From NCBI GenBank assembly GCA_965277415.1, contig CBDICS010000033.1, positions 628-64,627 on the forward strand: a DNA stretch of 64,000 nt, read 5' to 3'. Under the pieces are notes generated by a model. The model saw only the letters and a list, made by a program, of their open reading frames with translations. It searched no databases and was not told where the DNA came from. Position numbers and translations under genes: made by a program. This DNA comes from Saprospiraceae bacterium (lineage in GTDB: Bacteria > Bacteroidota > Bacteroidia > Chitinophagales > Saprospiraceae). Below are positions 1 through 11,077 of the stretch, one piece after another; positions within the stretch are counted from its first letter, which is position 1, and each line of letters opens with the position of its first letter.

Positions 1-393
1 AATGCCTCTAGTCGTCAAATGAATCTTCATTTGGCTCGTCTTAAGACGATCATTTTTTGCAGTATATGTAATCTGAGTTAAAGTTTTATCACTAAAAGTA
101 CTATCAACATCATATTTATCTAACCAAGCTAATTTATTAATATCTGAATCGATAAACAGAGCTAACTCTTCTTTAAGATTTACATCTATAATCGTTTTCT
201 CTTCTATTATTCCATTAATCGTTGCTTTTTTTATTACTCCTTTCAAATCTTTTAATCGTTCTTGCTCTTTTGCAATAAATGATTTTATATCAAAAAAATG
301 TCCTTTCGATGCAACCGATTCAGTCCTTCCTAAGCAAGTAGATACCAATATTGTAATACACATAAAAAAGAAGAGTCTTTTAATACTTTTCAT
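1..393 (-). CDS. hypothetical lipoprotein, 5' part only (gene runs off the left edge)
   Basis: Own minus-strand translation from ATG 393..391 gives MKSIKRLFFFMCITILVSTCLGRTES... The frame stays open to base 1. Signal peptide followed by Cys. Not in the ORF track because it is truncated. Confidence 0.45.
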   Translation of the reverse strand, partial: MKSIKRLFFFMCITILVSTCLGRTESVASKGHFFDIKSFIAKEQERLKDLKGVIKKATINGIIEEKTIIDVNLKEELALFIDSDINKLAWLDKYDVDSTFSDKTLTQITYTAKNDRLKTSQMKIHLTTRGI

Positions 394-402
394 TTCGTAT
401 TA

Positions 403-1947
403 TTAAATGGACATATTAATTAATGAATGGCCTGTCATTAAGTTAGGTTGTTCTAAATTCAAAATTTCTAAAATTGTAGGGGCAATATCAGCTAATCTTC
501 CATCTTTTACACTTTTTCCCTCTATTTGATTACTAATATAGATAAAGGGAACTGGATTAAGCGTATGCGCCGTATGGGGTGTTCCATCCTCATTGATCAT
601 AAAATCGGAATTACCATGGTCAGCTATTACTATTGCATCATAATTGTACTTGAGGCAAATTGGTATTAATTTCTGCAAACAATCATCTACGACCTCCGCA
701 GCTTTGATACCCGCTGCAAATACACCAGTATGGCCAACCATATCAGTATTGGCATAATTCAAACAAATAAAATCTGGTTGATTATCTTCAATATCTTCAA
801 TGATGGCTTCTGTGATTTCAACTGCACTCATCTCAGGTTTTAAATCATAAGTTGGAACTTTAGGAGAAGGCACCATTATTCTTTTTTCTCCTTTTAATTC
901 GGTCTCATTCCCTCCCGAAAAGAAAAAGGTAACATGAGGATATTTTTCAGTCTCTGCAATCCTCGTTTGTGTTTTCCCTGCACTAGACAGTACCTCCCCT
1001 AATGGTAAAGCAATATCATCTTTTCTAAAAAGGATTTCCACATTTTTAAAAGACTCATCATAACGAGTCATTGTTACATAGCGCAGATTCATTTTTTTCA
1101 TTTGATATTTAGGCATATCAGTCTGCGATAATACCTCAGTCAATTCACGAGGGCGATCTGTTCTAAAATTAAAAAACAATACGACATCCTCTTCTTCTAT
1201 TACTGCTTTTGGCTTATGATCATCATTAATAAGTACAATTGGTTCTATAAATTCATCCGTCATCCCATTCTTATAGCTTTCCTCAATACTCTTTAACACA
1301 TCTGTTGTAGGCTTTCCTTTTCCGTTCACTAATACATCATAAGCAAGTTTTACTCGTTCCCAACGTTTATCTCGATCCATCGCATAATATCGTCCAATAA
1401 TGGATGCTAGTTCCACAGAAGTATCTTCAATATGATCCAGCACTTCTTTTATAAAATGCACGCCTCCTAGGGGAGCAGTATCTCGCCCATCTGTAAATCC
1501 ATGAATATAAACTTGGTTCAATCCATGTTCCTGTGTAATATCACAAAGTGCTTTTAGATGATTAATATGAGAATGAACTCCTCCATCAGAGAGCAAGCCA
1601 AGCAAATGCACTTTCTTATTATGCTCTTTAGCATAATTAAGCGCCTTTATTAATGTTTCATTTTTATGCAGGTCTTTTTCCCTGACTGATTTATTGATCC
1701 TAGCTAATTCTTGATACACTACCCTTCCCGCTCCAATATTCATATGACCAACTTCCGAATTGCCCATTTGACCATCAGGTAATCCTACATCTTCTCCGAA
1801 AGTAATGAGTTCAGAATTAGGGTATTGGCTATATAAACTATCAACGTAAGGAGTATTTGCTTGTGCAATAGCACTAACTGCCGGATTAGGACCATGTCCC
1901 CAACCATCCAATATGATCAAAATTGCTTTTTTTTCTGTCATTATCAT
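403..1947 (-). CDS. gpmI: 2,3-bisphosphoglycerate-independent phosphoglycerate mutase
   Basis: 514 aa with ILDGWG N-terminus, GNSEVGH and ADHGN motifs typical of iPGM. Confidence 0.95.
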   Translation of the reverse strand: MIMTEKKAILIILDGWGHGPNPAVSAIAQANTPYVDSLYSQYPNSELITFGEDVGLPDGQMGNSEVGHMNIGAGRVVYQELARINKSVREKDLHKNETLIKALNYAKEHNKKVHLLGLLSDGGVHSHINHLKALCDITQEHGLNQVYIHGFTDGRDTAPLGGVHFIKEVLDHIEDTSVELASIIGRYYAMDRDKRWERVKLAYDVLVNGKGKPTTDVLKSIEESYKNGMTDEFIEPIVLINDDHKPKAVIEEEDVVLFFNFRTDRPRELTEVLSQTDMPKYQMKKMNLRYVTMTRYDESFKNVEILFRKDDIALPLGEVLSSAGKTQTRIAETEKYPHVTFFFSGGNETELKGEKRIMVPSPKVPTYDLKPEMSAVEITEAIIEDIEDNQPDFICLNYANTDMVGHTGVFAAGIKAAEVVDDCLQKLIPICLKYNYDAIVIADHGNSDFMINEDGTPHTAHTLNPVPFIYISNQIEGKSVKDGRLADIAPTILEILNLEQPNLMTGHSLINMSI

Positions 1948-2326
1948 CCAATTATAAATAAGCCCAAAAGTAACTTATTTGATAAAAAACTTTATACCTC
2001 TACCTTAAAAAGATATTATTTCGTTTAAATCAACAGGTTTCAAGCCTTTTTTAACATTTGCATTGCAATTTAACACAATTTTAAGACGTTATATTTTCAA
2101 TTATTTACAAATATTTTGACCACACATATTTAGACATAAAATACTGTTTATCAATAAATTACAGGCACACATATGTCAATTACCCATTATTGTTTTAATT
2201 AATAGCTAGCATAAAGGGCCTTTCTTTTCAATAATTCTTGACATCAAGATGTATATAACTTAGCTTTATGTAGTCTAAATGTACGATGGCACGAAATTAG
2301 ACCTTTTAATAATAAAATTCGAAATC

Positions 2327-2710
2327 ATGAAAAAGTTATTGTTCATTCTATTAATTGCCCCTTCTATTGCAATGGTAACACCTGACAACCTCAGTAGTAT
2401 TTCCAAAGCAATTAGCAATGGCGATGCGAGTGCATTATCGCAGTATTTCGATGATAAAGTTGAAGTATCCATTTTAGACAACGAAAATCTGTTTGATAAA
2501 ACTCAAGCGAAAAATGCAATACAAAATTTCTTTGCTAAACATAAACCACAGTCATATAGCCAAGTACATGATGGAACTTCCAAAGGTGCTGGTTCTAAAT
2601 ATACGATCGGAAATTTGAAAGCAAGTGGTAAAATATTTAGAGTTTATGTCTATATGAAAGTCGCTGGCGATAGTTATACAATCCAAGAAATTAGTATTAG
2701 TGAAGATTAG
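2327..2710 (+). CDS. DUF4783-like small secreted protein
   Basis: Track ORF is 2279..2710. I prefer the internal ATG at 2327 (MKKLLFILLIAPSIAMV signal peptide). Family call is from memory of the Bacteroidota DUF4783 pattern. Confidence 0.6.
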   Translation: MKKLLFILLIAPSIAMVTPDNLSSISKAISNGDASALSQYFDDKVEVSILDNENLFDKTQAKNAIQNFFAKHKPQSYSQVHDGTSKGAGSKYTIGNLKASGKIFRVYVYMKVAGDSYTIQEISISED

Positions 2711-2743
2711 TACTTTATAAAATATAAATAACAATAAATTTTT

Positions 2744-2778
2744 AAAAGGGCTTGTAGATTTTCTACAAGCCCTTTTTT
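2744..2778. terminator. bidirectional rho-independent-type hairpin between convergent genes
   Basis: AAAA-GGGCTTGTAGA-ttt-TCTACAAGCCC-TTTTTT: 11-bp perfect stem, A-run before and T-run after. Confidence 0.7.
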
Positions 2779-2912
2779 AGTTTGACTTTTCAAAAAAAGG
2801 ATAGGAAGTATAAATGCCCCGCAGAGATAAAGTATAGTACTAAAATGAAAAGTACAATATAAATTTCAGGGAAAGAGTGGTTAAAAAAATTATCTTTTCA
2901 GTATGCTTTCGT

Positions 2913-3689
2913 CTATGGAAATTTATTTATCACTCCCATACCAAATAGCGCAAAATCATATTTTACGGGGTCTTCAGGATCAAATTTTTTGAGATTATTG
3001 GTTAATTCAGCTGTAGCAGTCCAATCTCTTTGTTTCCGATGTAGTAAGCCTAACTTTCTACCGACCCTTTCTACATGCACATCAAGCGGCATTATAAGTT
3101 GATGAGTAGAAATCTTAGACCATAAGCCAAAATCCACCCCTTTATTATCTTTTCTAACCATCCACCTGAGGAACATATTTAAGCGTTTGCAGCTTGACTT
3201 TCTAGCAGGTGTAGCGATATGTTTCCGAGTTCGTTGAGGAGCATTAGGATGATCAAAGAAAAGGTCATGAAACCCTATGAGTGCTTCTCGAACATTCTCT
3301 GCCTCAGGATTTAAGAACTGTGCAAATGCATTTTCCAAAGACTTATTTTCTCGATAATAATGCTGTAAAAATTCCAGAAAGTAAAGTGTATCTGTTGCCT
3401 GGAATGTTCGATGTTTAAATTTTAAAAAAGCAGCTCGCTCTTTTTCGGTATGATTAATTATAAAATCATACGGCATCCCTCCCATCAAATCGATTAGTTC
3501 CAAAGATTTATTTATAATTGTTTTTCTTTGTCCCCAAGCCAGCATAGCTACCCAAAATCCAGTAATTTCAATATCCTGAAGCTTGGAAAATTGATGAGGG
3601 ATTTGGATAGGATCATTTTTTATGAATCCAGGTTCGTTAAATCGGTCTACTTGTTCATCCAAAAAATCTTTCAATCCTTCTTCTTGCAT
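2913..3689 (-). CDS. TIGR02757 (DUF2400) family protein
   Basis: 258 aa. The pattern FIKNDPIQIPHQF...WVAMLAWGQRKTII matches my memory of this family. Confidence 0.7.
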   Translation of the reverse strand: MQEEGLKDFLDEQVDRFNEPGFIKNDPIQIPHQFSKLQDIEITGFWVAMLAWGQRKTIINKSLELIDLMGGMPYDFIINHTEKERAAFLKFKHRTFQATDTLYFLEFLQHYYRENKSLENAFAQFLNPEAENVREALIGFHDLFFDHPNAPQRTRKHIATPARKSSCKRLNMFLRWMVRKDNKGVDFGLWSKISTHQLIMPLDVHVERVGRKLGLLHRKQRDWTATAELTNNLKKFDPEDPVKYDFALFGMGVINKFP

Positions 3690-4031
3690 AATATTTGTCG
3701 CTTTACGTCATTTTTTCAGCTTGGTAACAGCATAAATTTAATGCTATTCGTTAGCTTTGTGTAAAGAAGTGTCTACAGATTTATCCATTTTGACAAAATA
3801 TACTTTGAATTTAGGATGCTTCAACTTTTAATCGGCAGTATAACTGGCTTAGAATGGTATTTATATTAACCTTTAAGCTCCTGCTAAAGATATCTTTGAA
3901 CAGGAATTATGACAGCAACATTAACATACACCCTCGTATTAGCCGCTATTTATTTTGGTCGTAAGGCTTTTATTATGGCTAATGAAGATTGATAATCTAT
4001 TTAGAATATGATTATTGCTCTTTCTTTAGTT

Positions 4032-4784
4032 CTAAACTTGAGGTTTTTGGTACATCTTTAAGTTTAAAACACCTAATCTTTGGAAAAAGTGTCCTATAGA
4101 TACTCGTATAACACCTAGACCATATTTGCTGCTTCTTGAAAAATTGATAGAAGAGGCTTCTTCGAAATATTTAGTTGGGCAAGTTACTTCTGCAATATCA
4201 AATCCTGCATAAACGATCTGAGACAACATCTCATTGTCAAAAACAAAATCATCTGAATTAGTATTAAAATTGATCCCTTCCAATACTGCCTTGCTAAACG
4301 CCCTATACCCTGTATGATACTCTGAAAGTTTATAATTAATTAAGAGGTTTTGACCAAAGGTAAGCAAGCGATTTGCTATATATTTATAAAGAGGCATGCC
4401 TCCTTTTAACGCGCCTTTACCTAATATTCTAGATCCTAAAACGACAGGGTATAATTCATCACCTATTATATTAACCATAGCTGGAATTAACTTAGGTGTG
4501 TACTGATAATCAGGATGAAGCATTATTATAATGTCCCCTCCAAGCGCTAATGCCTTATTGTACAAAGATTTTTGATTTCCTCCATAACCTTTGTTCTTTT
4601 CATGAACAATCACATGTTGTATACCTATTTTCTTAGCTAAAGCTGAAGTATCATCGCTACTCGCATCATCACAAAGAATAACTTCATCTACTAAATCAAA
4701 AGGGATTTCATTATATGTTTTCTCTAAGGTTAGTGCTGCATTATAAGCAGGTAAAACGACGACGACTTTTTTATCATTATACAT
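4032..4784 (-). CDS. family 2 glycosyltransferase
   Basis: 250 aa with GT-A N-terminus VVVLPAYNAA...LCDDASSDDT. Confidence 0.85.
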   Translation of the reverse strand: MYNDKKVVVVLPAYNAALTLEKTYNEIPFDLVDEVILCDDASSDDTSALAKKIGIQHVIVHEKNKGYGGNQKSLYNKALALGGDIIIMLHPDYQYTPKLIPAMVNIIGDELYPVVLGSRILGKGALKGGMPLYKYIANRLLTFGQNLLINYKLSEYHTGYRAFSKAVLEGINFNTNSDDFVFDNEMLSQIVYAGFDIAEVTCPTKYFEEASSINFSRSSKYGLGVIRVSIGHFFQRLGVLNLKMYQKPQV

Positions 4785-5159
4785 GTATTGGGACGTTTTT
4801 TCTTTGAATACTATTACAAATATATGGAATCGAATTAGATTTTTTAGCTATACCAATTCATCCAGGTTTTTGAATTCACATTGATTTGTTTAAAAGCCTA
4901 TTTAAACTTTGTTCGCTTAGGTGAAAAAGACGTTTTTGTAACCCAGTTAATAATTTTTAAATAGACTCTTAATTTTAAATTCAATTTTAATGCCCAAACG
5001 ATAATTACCGTTAATTTGCTTGTTTTTCGGTACATTGTGAAAAATTAATTCTGAACTTATTTTAGTCCCTATATTAAAACTACGAAAAAAACCATCAGCT
5101 TTGTCTTAGCAATCAAACACTTACAAGTAAGCTCAGAACACATCCTTAAACAAATCAAT

Positions 5160-5900
5160 ATGAAATGGCTCAAAAGAATTGGATTGATTATTTTAATTTT
5201 AATTGCCTTCATCGCAGTTTTATTTTTTGTTTATAATGAATCCAAACCGCAAGGACAAAAGGGCCCAGAAGCAGATGCATTAGCAAAACAAATGCTTGAT
5301 GCTATTGACAAAACTGGATGGGATACTACCGCTTATATTCAGTGGACATTCAAAGGAATGCATAGTTTTTTGTGGGATAAAAATCGACATTTCGTAAAAG
5401 TAACCTGGGAAGCGCATGAAGTGCTTTTAGATACTAAAAAAGTTGATGGCTTAGCATTTTTAAATGGAATAAAACAAACTGGTGAAGATGCTGATAAAAT
5501 GATTCAAGATGCTTGGACTTATTTCTGCAATGACTCCTTTTGGTTAAATGCACCATCAAAAGCTTTTGATATTGGAACAGAACGGAGTATTGTTGATTTA
5601 GGCAACAGCAAGAAGGGTTTAATGGTAAGTTATACTTCTGGAGGAGTAACGCCAGGAGATTCATACTTATGGATTCTAAATGAGCAAAACCTACCGATTA
5701 GCTGGAAAATGTGGGTCAGTATTATACCTCTTGGCGGAATGGAATTTAGTTGGGACAAATGGACAAGCTTATCAACAGGAGCTAAAATTTCGACTTTTCA
5801 TACAAGTAGCCTCTTAGATTTAGATATTTCAAATTTAAAAGGTGCAAGCAATCTAGCTGGAATGGGACTTGATAAAGATCCTTTTGAGGCTTTAAAATAA
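5160..5900 (+). CDS. hypothetical membrane-anchored protein
   Basis: 246 aa with one N-terminal TM helix (IGLIILILIAFIAVLFFVY). Trp-rich globular remainder. No family recognised. Confidence 0.55.
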   Translation: MKWLKRIGLIILILIAFIAVLFFVYNESKPQGQKGPEADALAKQMLDAIDKTGWDTTAYIQWTFKGMHSFLWDKNRHFVKVTWEAHEVLLDTKKVDGLAFLNGIKQTGEDADKMIQDAWTYFCNDSFWLNAPSKAFDIGTERSIVDLGNSKKGLMVSYTSGGVTPGDSYLWILNEQNLPISWKMWVSIIPLGGMEFSWDKWTSLSTGAKISTFHTSSLLDLDISNLKGASNLAGMGLDKDPFEALK

Positions 5901-6042
5901 AGGGCCATAAGTTTAGAACTTCTTGGGTTTTGGACTTTGACCTATATTTTGGTCAATTTTTTGTACTACTTTATTTTACGATTCATCTTTATAATGACCT
6001 TCACAAAGCTTGGGATGTTTAGTGAAGATAAAAACGTAGTAC

Positions 6043-6669
6043 ATGAAAAACCTATTTGTCTTATCACTTGTTTTTCTTTCTTTAGTAAAAACCAATGCTC
6101 AATCCATTGATATTAATAAAACTGTTAATGATCAAAAAAGACAATTAAGTATTGATACTGAAGAGTTGAAACACTTTGAAGAACAAATCACATTTTTTGA
6201 GACAGCCTTAGAAACTGGTAAACAAGAGGAAATCATTGCTGCTAAATTATTGATCCAACAAAGCATGCTTCGTGAAATTAAGCAAAGCTTAAATAAAAAA
6301 ACATCATCTAAGCATAATGAGAGCAATATAATAGGGAAAAACGAAACTGGACAAAAAGCTATTATTCAAAACCAATCAAAGCAAATTAGTGAAGACGAAA
6401 TTAATAAACGGAGAGAAAGAAGTGAAATATATAATGACGCAAAAAATAAACAAAGAACTACGTCTCAAACAAAATCTCAGCTTCCAAAAGATAAGATGAT
6501 AAAGGATCAATCATTAGATCCTATTACTTTCAAACAACAATCTTTTTATGAAGATTTTACCTCTATAAAAGATACTTCAAATCCTTTCATGCAAGCTAGA
6601 TTAATTAAAACACTCCTTTCTTTTTATGACATTATGGAAGAAGATTTAAATCAAAGAAAAAAGAAATAG
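6043..6669 (+). CDS. hypothetical secreted protein, K/Q/E/S-rich
   Basis: 208 aa. Signal peptide with predicted TNA|QS cleavage. Low-complexity charged body. Confidence 0.5.
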   Translation: MKNLFVLSLVFLSLVKTNAQSIDINKTVNDQKRQLSIDTEELKHFEEQITFFETALETGKQEEIIAAKLLIQQSMLREIKQSLNKKTSSKHNESNIIGKNETGQKAIIQNQSKQISEDEINKRRERSEIYNDAKNKQRTTSQTKSQLPKDKMIKDQSLDPITFKQQSFYEDFTSIKDTSNPFMQARLIKTLLSFYDIMEEDLNQRKKK

Positions 6670-6688
6670 GTATTAGAATCTGTTTAAA

Positions 6689-8422
6689 TTATTCTATTCC
6701 GAAATAGACTTTTTCGATTTCCTCTTTTAAAAATCCAATAATCGAACGGATATATTTTTCAGAAAAATCAAAAGAAATTCCTGCTGCTTCATAGATTTCA
6801 GGTATAGTTTTAGAATACCCTAGGCTCAAGGCATAGGTAAACCGTTCAATTGTTTCAATTGGGTTTTCTCGATAATTTTTCCACAGTGCTATTGCACCTA
6901 ACTGTGCTATTCCATATTCGATATAATAAAATGGGAGTTCAAATATATGTAACTGTCTATGCCAGGAAGTTTCAATATACTTTTCGCTATTTTTAGTTTC
7001 AATGATTTCTGGTATGTATTCTTTAGACATCAATTTCCATTGGGTTTTTCTCTCCAGCGCTGTAGAAGATGCATGTGTATATACCCAATGTTGAAACTCA
7101 TCGACTTGACTGATCCAAGGCAAAACGGTCAAAACCCGCTCAAGTTGTTGAAGTTTTGCAATTCGCTCATCTTCCTTATTTTCGAATATAATATTCCAAT
7201 GTTCCATTGCAAAAAGCTCCATCGACATGGCAGCTAATTCTGCGATTTCAGAAGGAAATGTTTTTATGCTATTCAGTTGATATTGTCTTGTTGTAAAAGA
7301 GTGTACTGCATGGCCACATTCATGTGTTAGTACAATTAAATCTTTTAGAGAATTGCTAGCGTTCATAAAAATAAAAGGCACACCAGTCATCAATAAAGGC
7401 ATATTATACCCTCCGGGCTGTTTCCCTTTTTTAGTGTTTAAATCCAGGTGATTCATTTTTTGTAAAACAGCTAGGCAATCACCGAAAAAAGGACTTACCT
7501 GAGAAAGACAATCAATGGTTTTACTAACAAAGTCTTTTGTTCCTTTAAAAGGTTCTAGATGATTATTCCCTTCAATTGTTACTTTAAGATCCCAAGGTCG
7601 AATTTCATCCAACTGGAGTGATTTTTTCCGAAGCTTATAAAACTCATTGATTACGGGAACTACTTGTTGTTTTACGCTTTTATGAAAGCGATTGCAGTCT
7701 TCAATAGTATAATCAAATCGTCCTAATGCTTTAAATTTATAATCTCTAAAGTTCTTAAAGCCAGCATTTGTCGCTAAGTCGCTTCGAAGTTCAATTAATT
7801 CAGTAAACAGGTCATCTATTTGTTTTTCATGTTCTAAAAAACAATCTCCTATTTTTTTATAGATATGCGCTCTTTCTTCTCTATCCAAGCTTTCAAGGAA
7901 CTTAGTAGCTTGTTGAATCGTCACCACTTCTCCTTTATACTCAATCATTAATTGAGCAACTAGCTTTCCATATTCTTTAGCTTTTATTTTTAAATCCGCA
8001 GACAGGTGGATATTCTTAGGATGGTGCAATTCTACATCATTTTGAATGCCTCTAAAGTATATCCCAAATTGTTCTTTATTCAGTTCTTCTTTAAAAGGAG
8101 ATTCTAATAAATTAATCTGTAGAGTATGATCGACCTCTATGACCTTTGGTAGAATGCGTTGGACGATATAATTATATATTTCACCAGAGCGATCATCTTC
8201 CATATTAATGGAAAAACGAATATATCGCCAATTGATTTCTTCTCTAACCAAAGCACTGATCTCATTCCAGTCATAAATCCATCGCTCTAAATCTGAAACA
8301 GAGGCAATACTTCTACGCTGCAATTCACTATAGTAAGGTTTCAATTTCGACCATACGGTCACACGGAACTCTTCAGGAAGAAATTTTCTCTTCCTAGGTT
8401 CCGGAATGGATTGGACACTCAT
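6689..8422 (-). CDS. M3-family oligoendopeptidase (PepF-like)
   Basis: 577 aa with HEXXH zinc motif (THECGHAVH) in the C-terminal half. Confidence 0.85.
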   Translation of the reverse strand: MSVQSIPEPRKRKFLPEEFRVTVWSKLKPYYSELQRRSIASVSDLERWIYDWNEISALVREEINWRYIRFSINMEDDRSGEIYNYIVQRILPKVIEVDHTLQINLLESPFKEELNKEQFGIYFRGIQNDVELHHPKNIHLSADLKIKAKEYGKLVAQLMIEYKGEVVTIQQATKFLESLDREERAHIYKKIGDCFLEHEKQIDDLFTELIELRSDLATNAGFKNFRDYKFKALGRFDYTIEDCNRFHKSVKQQVVPVINEFYKLRKKSLQLDEIRPWDLKVTIEGNNHLEPFKGTKDFVSKTIDCLSQVSPFFGDCLAVLQKMNHLDLNTKKGKQPGGYNMPLLMTGVPFIFMNASNSLKDLIVLTHECGHAVHSFTTRQYQLNSIKTFPSEIAELAAMSMELFAMEHWNIIFENKEDERIAKLQQLERVLTVLPWISQVDEFQHWVYTHASSTALERKTQWKLMSKEYIPEIIETKNSEKYIETSWHRQLHIFELPFYYIEYGIAQLGAIALWKNYRENPIETIERFTYALSLGYSKTIPEIYEAAGISFDFSEKYIRSIIGFLKEEIEKVYFGIE

Positions 8423-8521
8423 AGTATGTTTTTTCTACACTCCGTCTAAGCCCAAAAGGGGCTTTCATTTACAATTACAGAATAAAGGAATTTTTGTAAT
8501 TAATGGGTGTATAAGTTTTCT

Positions 8522-8944
8522 CTATTCCTCTTCTGATTTAATCTCTTCGGTTTCTGCTGCTAAAGATAACAAATTACGTTCATTCAGGAAATTAAACCAT
8601 TTGATCACTTTTTTTATATCGCTAACATATACTCTATCCTGATCAAAGTTTGGTAAAATTTGTCTAAAATAATCGTATATCTCTTCTCCTGAAGCATTAG
8701 TTGGAACAGGAGGAATTGTTTCATATTTTTCTAACATTGACGAAAAAACGACTTTAAGTTCCTCTGTATCATCCCCTGCATATATACCAATAGAAGCTAA
8801 TGGCGTAAATTGATGTTTTCGCGCTGCTGCAAATTTTCGTTTTCCAGTATCTAGGTCTGCCACAATTAGTCCGTTATTTCTATTAGCAACCATTTTGTAT
8901 ACTCCGGACATGCCACTTACCGCTACATATTCTTCTAAATTCAT
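8522..8944 (-). CDS. conserved hypothetical (DUF5606-like)
   Basis: 140 aa. N-terminus YVAVSGMSGVYKMV...DLDTGKRKF resembles a Bacteroidota family I remember as DUF5606. Confidence 0.5.
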   Translation of the reverse strand: MNLEEYVAVSGMSGVYKMVANRNNGLIVADLDTGKRKFAAARKHQFTPLASIGIYAGDDTEELKVVFSSMLEKYETIPPVPTNASGEEIYDYFRQILPNFDQDRVYVSDIKKVIKWFNFLNERNLLSLAAETEEIKSEEE

Positions 8945-9079
8945 TTCTTTTTATTAATTCATTTTTAAAACCCACAATTGGGACAAGTAGAAAATAGTTT
9001 GGCTCAAAATTGAGAGCCAATCTAAAGATCAGCAAAAATACAAAATATCAATATTCAAAGGTAAGGAAGTGAGTGTTAA

Positions 9080-11077
9080 TTAATAATTTAAAAGTTGTTG
9101 GAGTTTAGCTTTAAATCGTTCAACAGGTAGATAATTTTGTTCTAATGGTATAGCAAAAGGAATTGGTGTATCCAGACTTGCCGAACGCATCACAGGCCCA
9201 TCCAAATATTCAAACAAATACTCTGTTATATGTGCTGCGATTTCTCCTCCTAAACCACCAAATAATGAATCTTCATGTAAAATGATGGCCTTACCCGTTT
9301 TCTTAATGGTATCCTCAATAGTATCGTAATCTAGAGGCACCAATGTTCGCAAATCAATGATTTCTGCATCTATCCCCATTTCTTCAATTACTTTTTCTGC
9401 CCAGTGTACCCCCATACCATAAGTGATTACTGATAAATCTGTTCCCGTCCTCTTAATCGCTGCTTTTCCAATTGGCAGGGTATAATACGCATCAGGTACT
9501 TCTGCACTCACTGATCTATATAATCCTTTATGTTCAAAATACATCACAGGGTTTGGGTCTTCAATCGCTGCCGTGAGTAGCCCTTTTGCATCAATTGGAT
9601 TAGAGGGGTATACTACTTTAAGACCAGGAGTATGCGTAAACCATGCTTCATTACTTTGAGAATGGAAAGGACCAGCTCCTACTCCACCACCTGTAGGCAT
9701 ACGGATGACCATATCAACATTTTGCCCCCAGCGATAATGTAATTTAGCGGCATTATTTATAATCTGATTAAAACCACAAGTTACAAAGTCCGCAAATTGC
9801 ATTTCAACCATAGACTTCCATCCTTTTAGACCTAGGCCAATCCCAATTCCTATAATAGCACTTTCACAAAGAGGTGTATTTCTAACTCTGCCATTCCCAA
9901 ATTCTTTAACGAATCCATCTGTTATTTTAAAAACACCACCATATTCAGCTATATCTTGTCCCATCAAAACCAGTTTGTCATATTTTTGCATGGACTGACG
10001 CAGCCCATCTGAGATTGCATCAATAAGTCGTTTTTCTGTACTTGGTCCTTGTGCATGAACGATCTCCGCTTCATGAGGAAGAAATACATCTGCCATTTCA
10101 GTTTCGGTTGTAGAACTAACGACTGCTTCCATTCCTGCCGCCTCAAGGCCTTCCTCTATTTCTGTTTTGAATTGAGCTCGAAGTGTAACGATCTTATCTT
10201 CAGTCAACACTTTTTCTTCCAGTAAGAAGTCTTCATAGTTTTGAAGGGGATCTTTCTTTGCCCATTCTTCCATTAATTTTTTAGGAACATATTTAGTCCC
10301 CGAAGCTTCTTCATGCCCTCTCATTCTAAATGTTTTACATTCTACCAAAACAGGTTCTGGTTTCTTTCGTAACTCTTTAGCTAGCTTTGAAAAGGTATTA
10401 TAAACTTCAAGAATATTATTACCATCCACGATGATGGATCGCATCCCATATCCCAAGCCTCGATCAGCCAAATTTTCACAACGATATTGTTCTGATACCG
10501 GTGTTGATAAACCATAACCATTATTTTCGATGACAAATATTACTGGTAGTTGCCATACTGCAGCAACATTCAAAGCCTCATGAAATTCTCCTTCACTCGT
10601 CCCTCCTTCTCCCGTAAATGCCAGAGAAACTTCCTTACTATTGCTTAGTTTATTTGCTAAAGCGACACCTGATGCCAGGGATAATTGAGGCCCTAAATGA
10701 GAAATCATTCCCACTGTATTATAATCCATCGTTCCAAAATGAAAGGAGCGATCCCTGCCTTTAGTAAACCCAGGAGCTTTGCCCTGCCATTGACAAAACA
10801 GATTAACTAAAGGGATACCACGGGTTGTAAAAACACCCAAGTTTCTGTGCATTGGAAACATCACTTCATGCGCTTCGAGTGCAGCAGTTGCTCCTACAGA
10901 AATTGCTTCCTGTCCTATTCCAGAAAACCACTTACTAATTTTTCCGGAACGAAGTAAAATCAGCATTTTCTCTTCAATCATTCTAGGCTTCAATAATTGT
11001 TCATAAAGTTGTAATAAAACCTTATTTGACAATTTTCCTTTTTCGTATTTCATCGATGATTTACTTAGTGTTGGCAT
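9080..11077 (-). CDS. 2-oxoacid dehydrogenase E1 component, fused alpha/beta subunits
   Basis: 665 aa. The N-terminal half has the TPP-binding stretch GEGGTSEGEFHEALN...IENNGYG. The C-terminal half is E1-beta/transketolase-like. Confidence 0.85.
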   Translation of the reverse strand: MPTLSKSSMKYEKGKLSNKVLLQLYEQLLKPRMIEEKMLILLRSGKISKWFSGIGQEAISVGATAALEAHEVMFPMHRNLGVFTTRGIPLVNLFCQWQGKAPGFTKGRDRSFHFGTMDYNTVGMISHLGPQLSLASGVALANKLSNSKEVSLAFTGEGGTSEGEFHEALNVAAVWQLPVIFVIENNGYGLSTPVSEQYRCENLADRGLGYGMRSIIVDGNNILEVYNTFSKLAKELRKKPEPVLVECKTFRMRGHEEASGTKYVPKKLMEEWAKKDPLQNYEDFLLEEKVLTEDKIVTLRAQFKTEIEEGLEAAGMEAVVSSTTETEMADVFLPHEAEIVHAQGPSTEKRLIDAISDGLRQSMQKYDKLVLMGQDIAEYGGVFKITDGFVKEFGNGRVRNTPLCESAIIGIGIGLGLKGWKSMVEMQFADFVTCGFNQIINNAAKLHYRWGQNVDMVIRMPTGGGVGAGPFHSQSNEAWFTHTPGLKVVYPSNPIDAKGLLTAAIEDPNPVMYFEHKGLYRSVSAEVPDAYYTLPIGKAAIKRTGTDLSVITYGMGVHWAEKVIEEMGIDAEIIDLRTLVPLDYDTIEDTIKKTGKAIILHEDSLFGGLGGEIAAHITEYLFEYLDGPVMRSASLDTPIPFAIPLEQNYLPVERFKAKLQQLLNY

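Noticed and set aside
3909-3992. A 27-codon plus-strand ORF (MTATLTYTLVLAAIYFGRKAFIMANED) between the TIGR02757 gene and the glycosyltransferase gene.
   Set aside because: It is too short and has no flanking signals I can support. It cannot be distinguished from chance.
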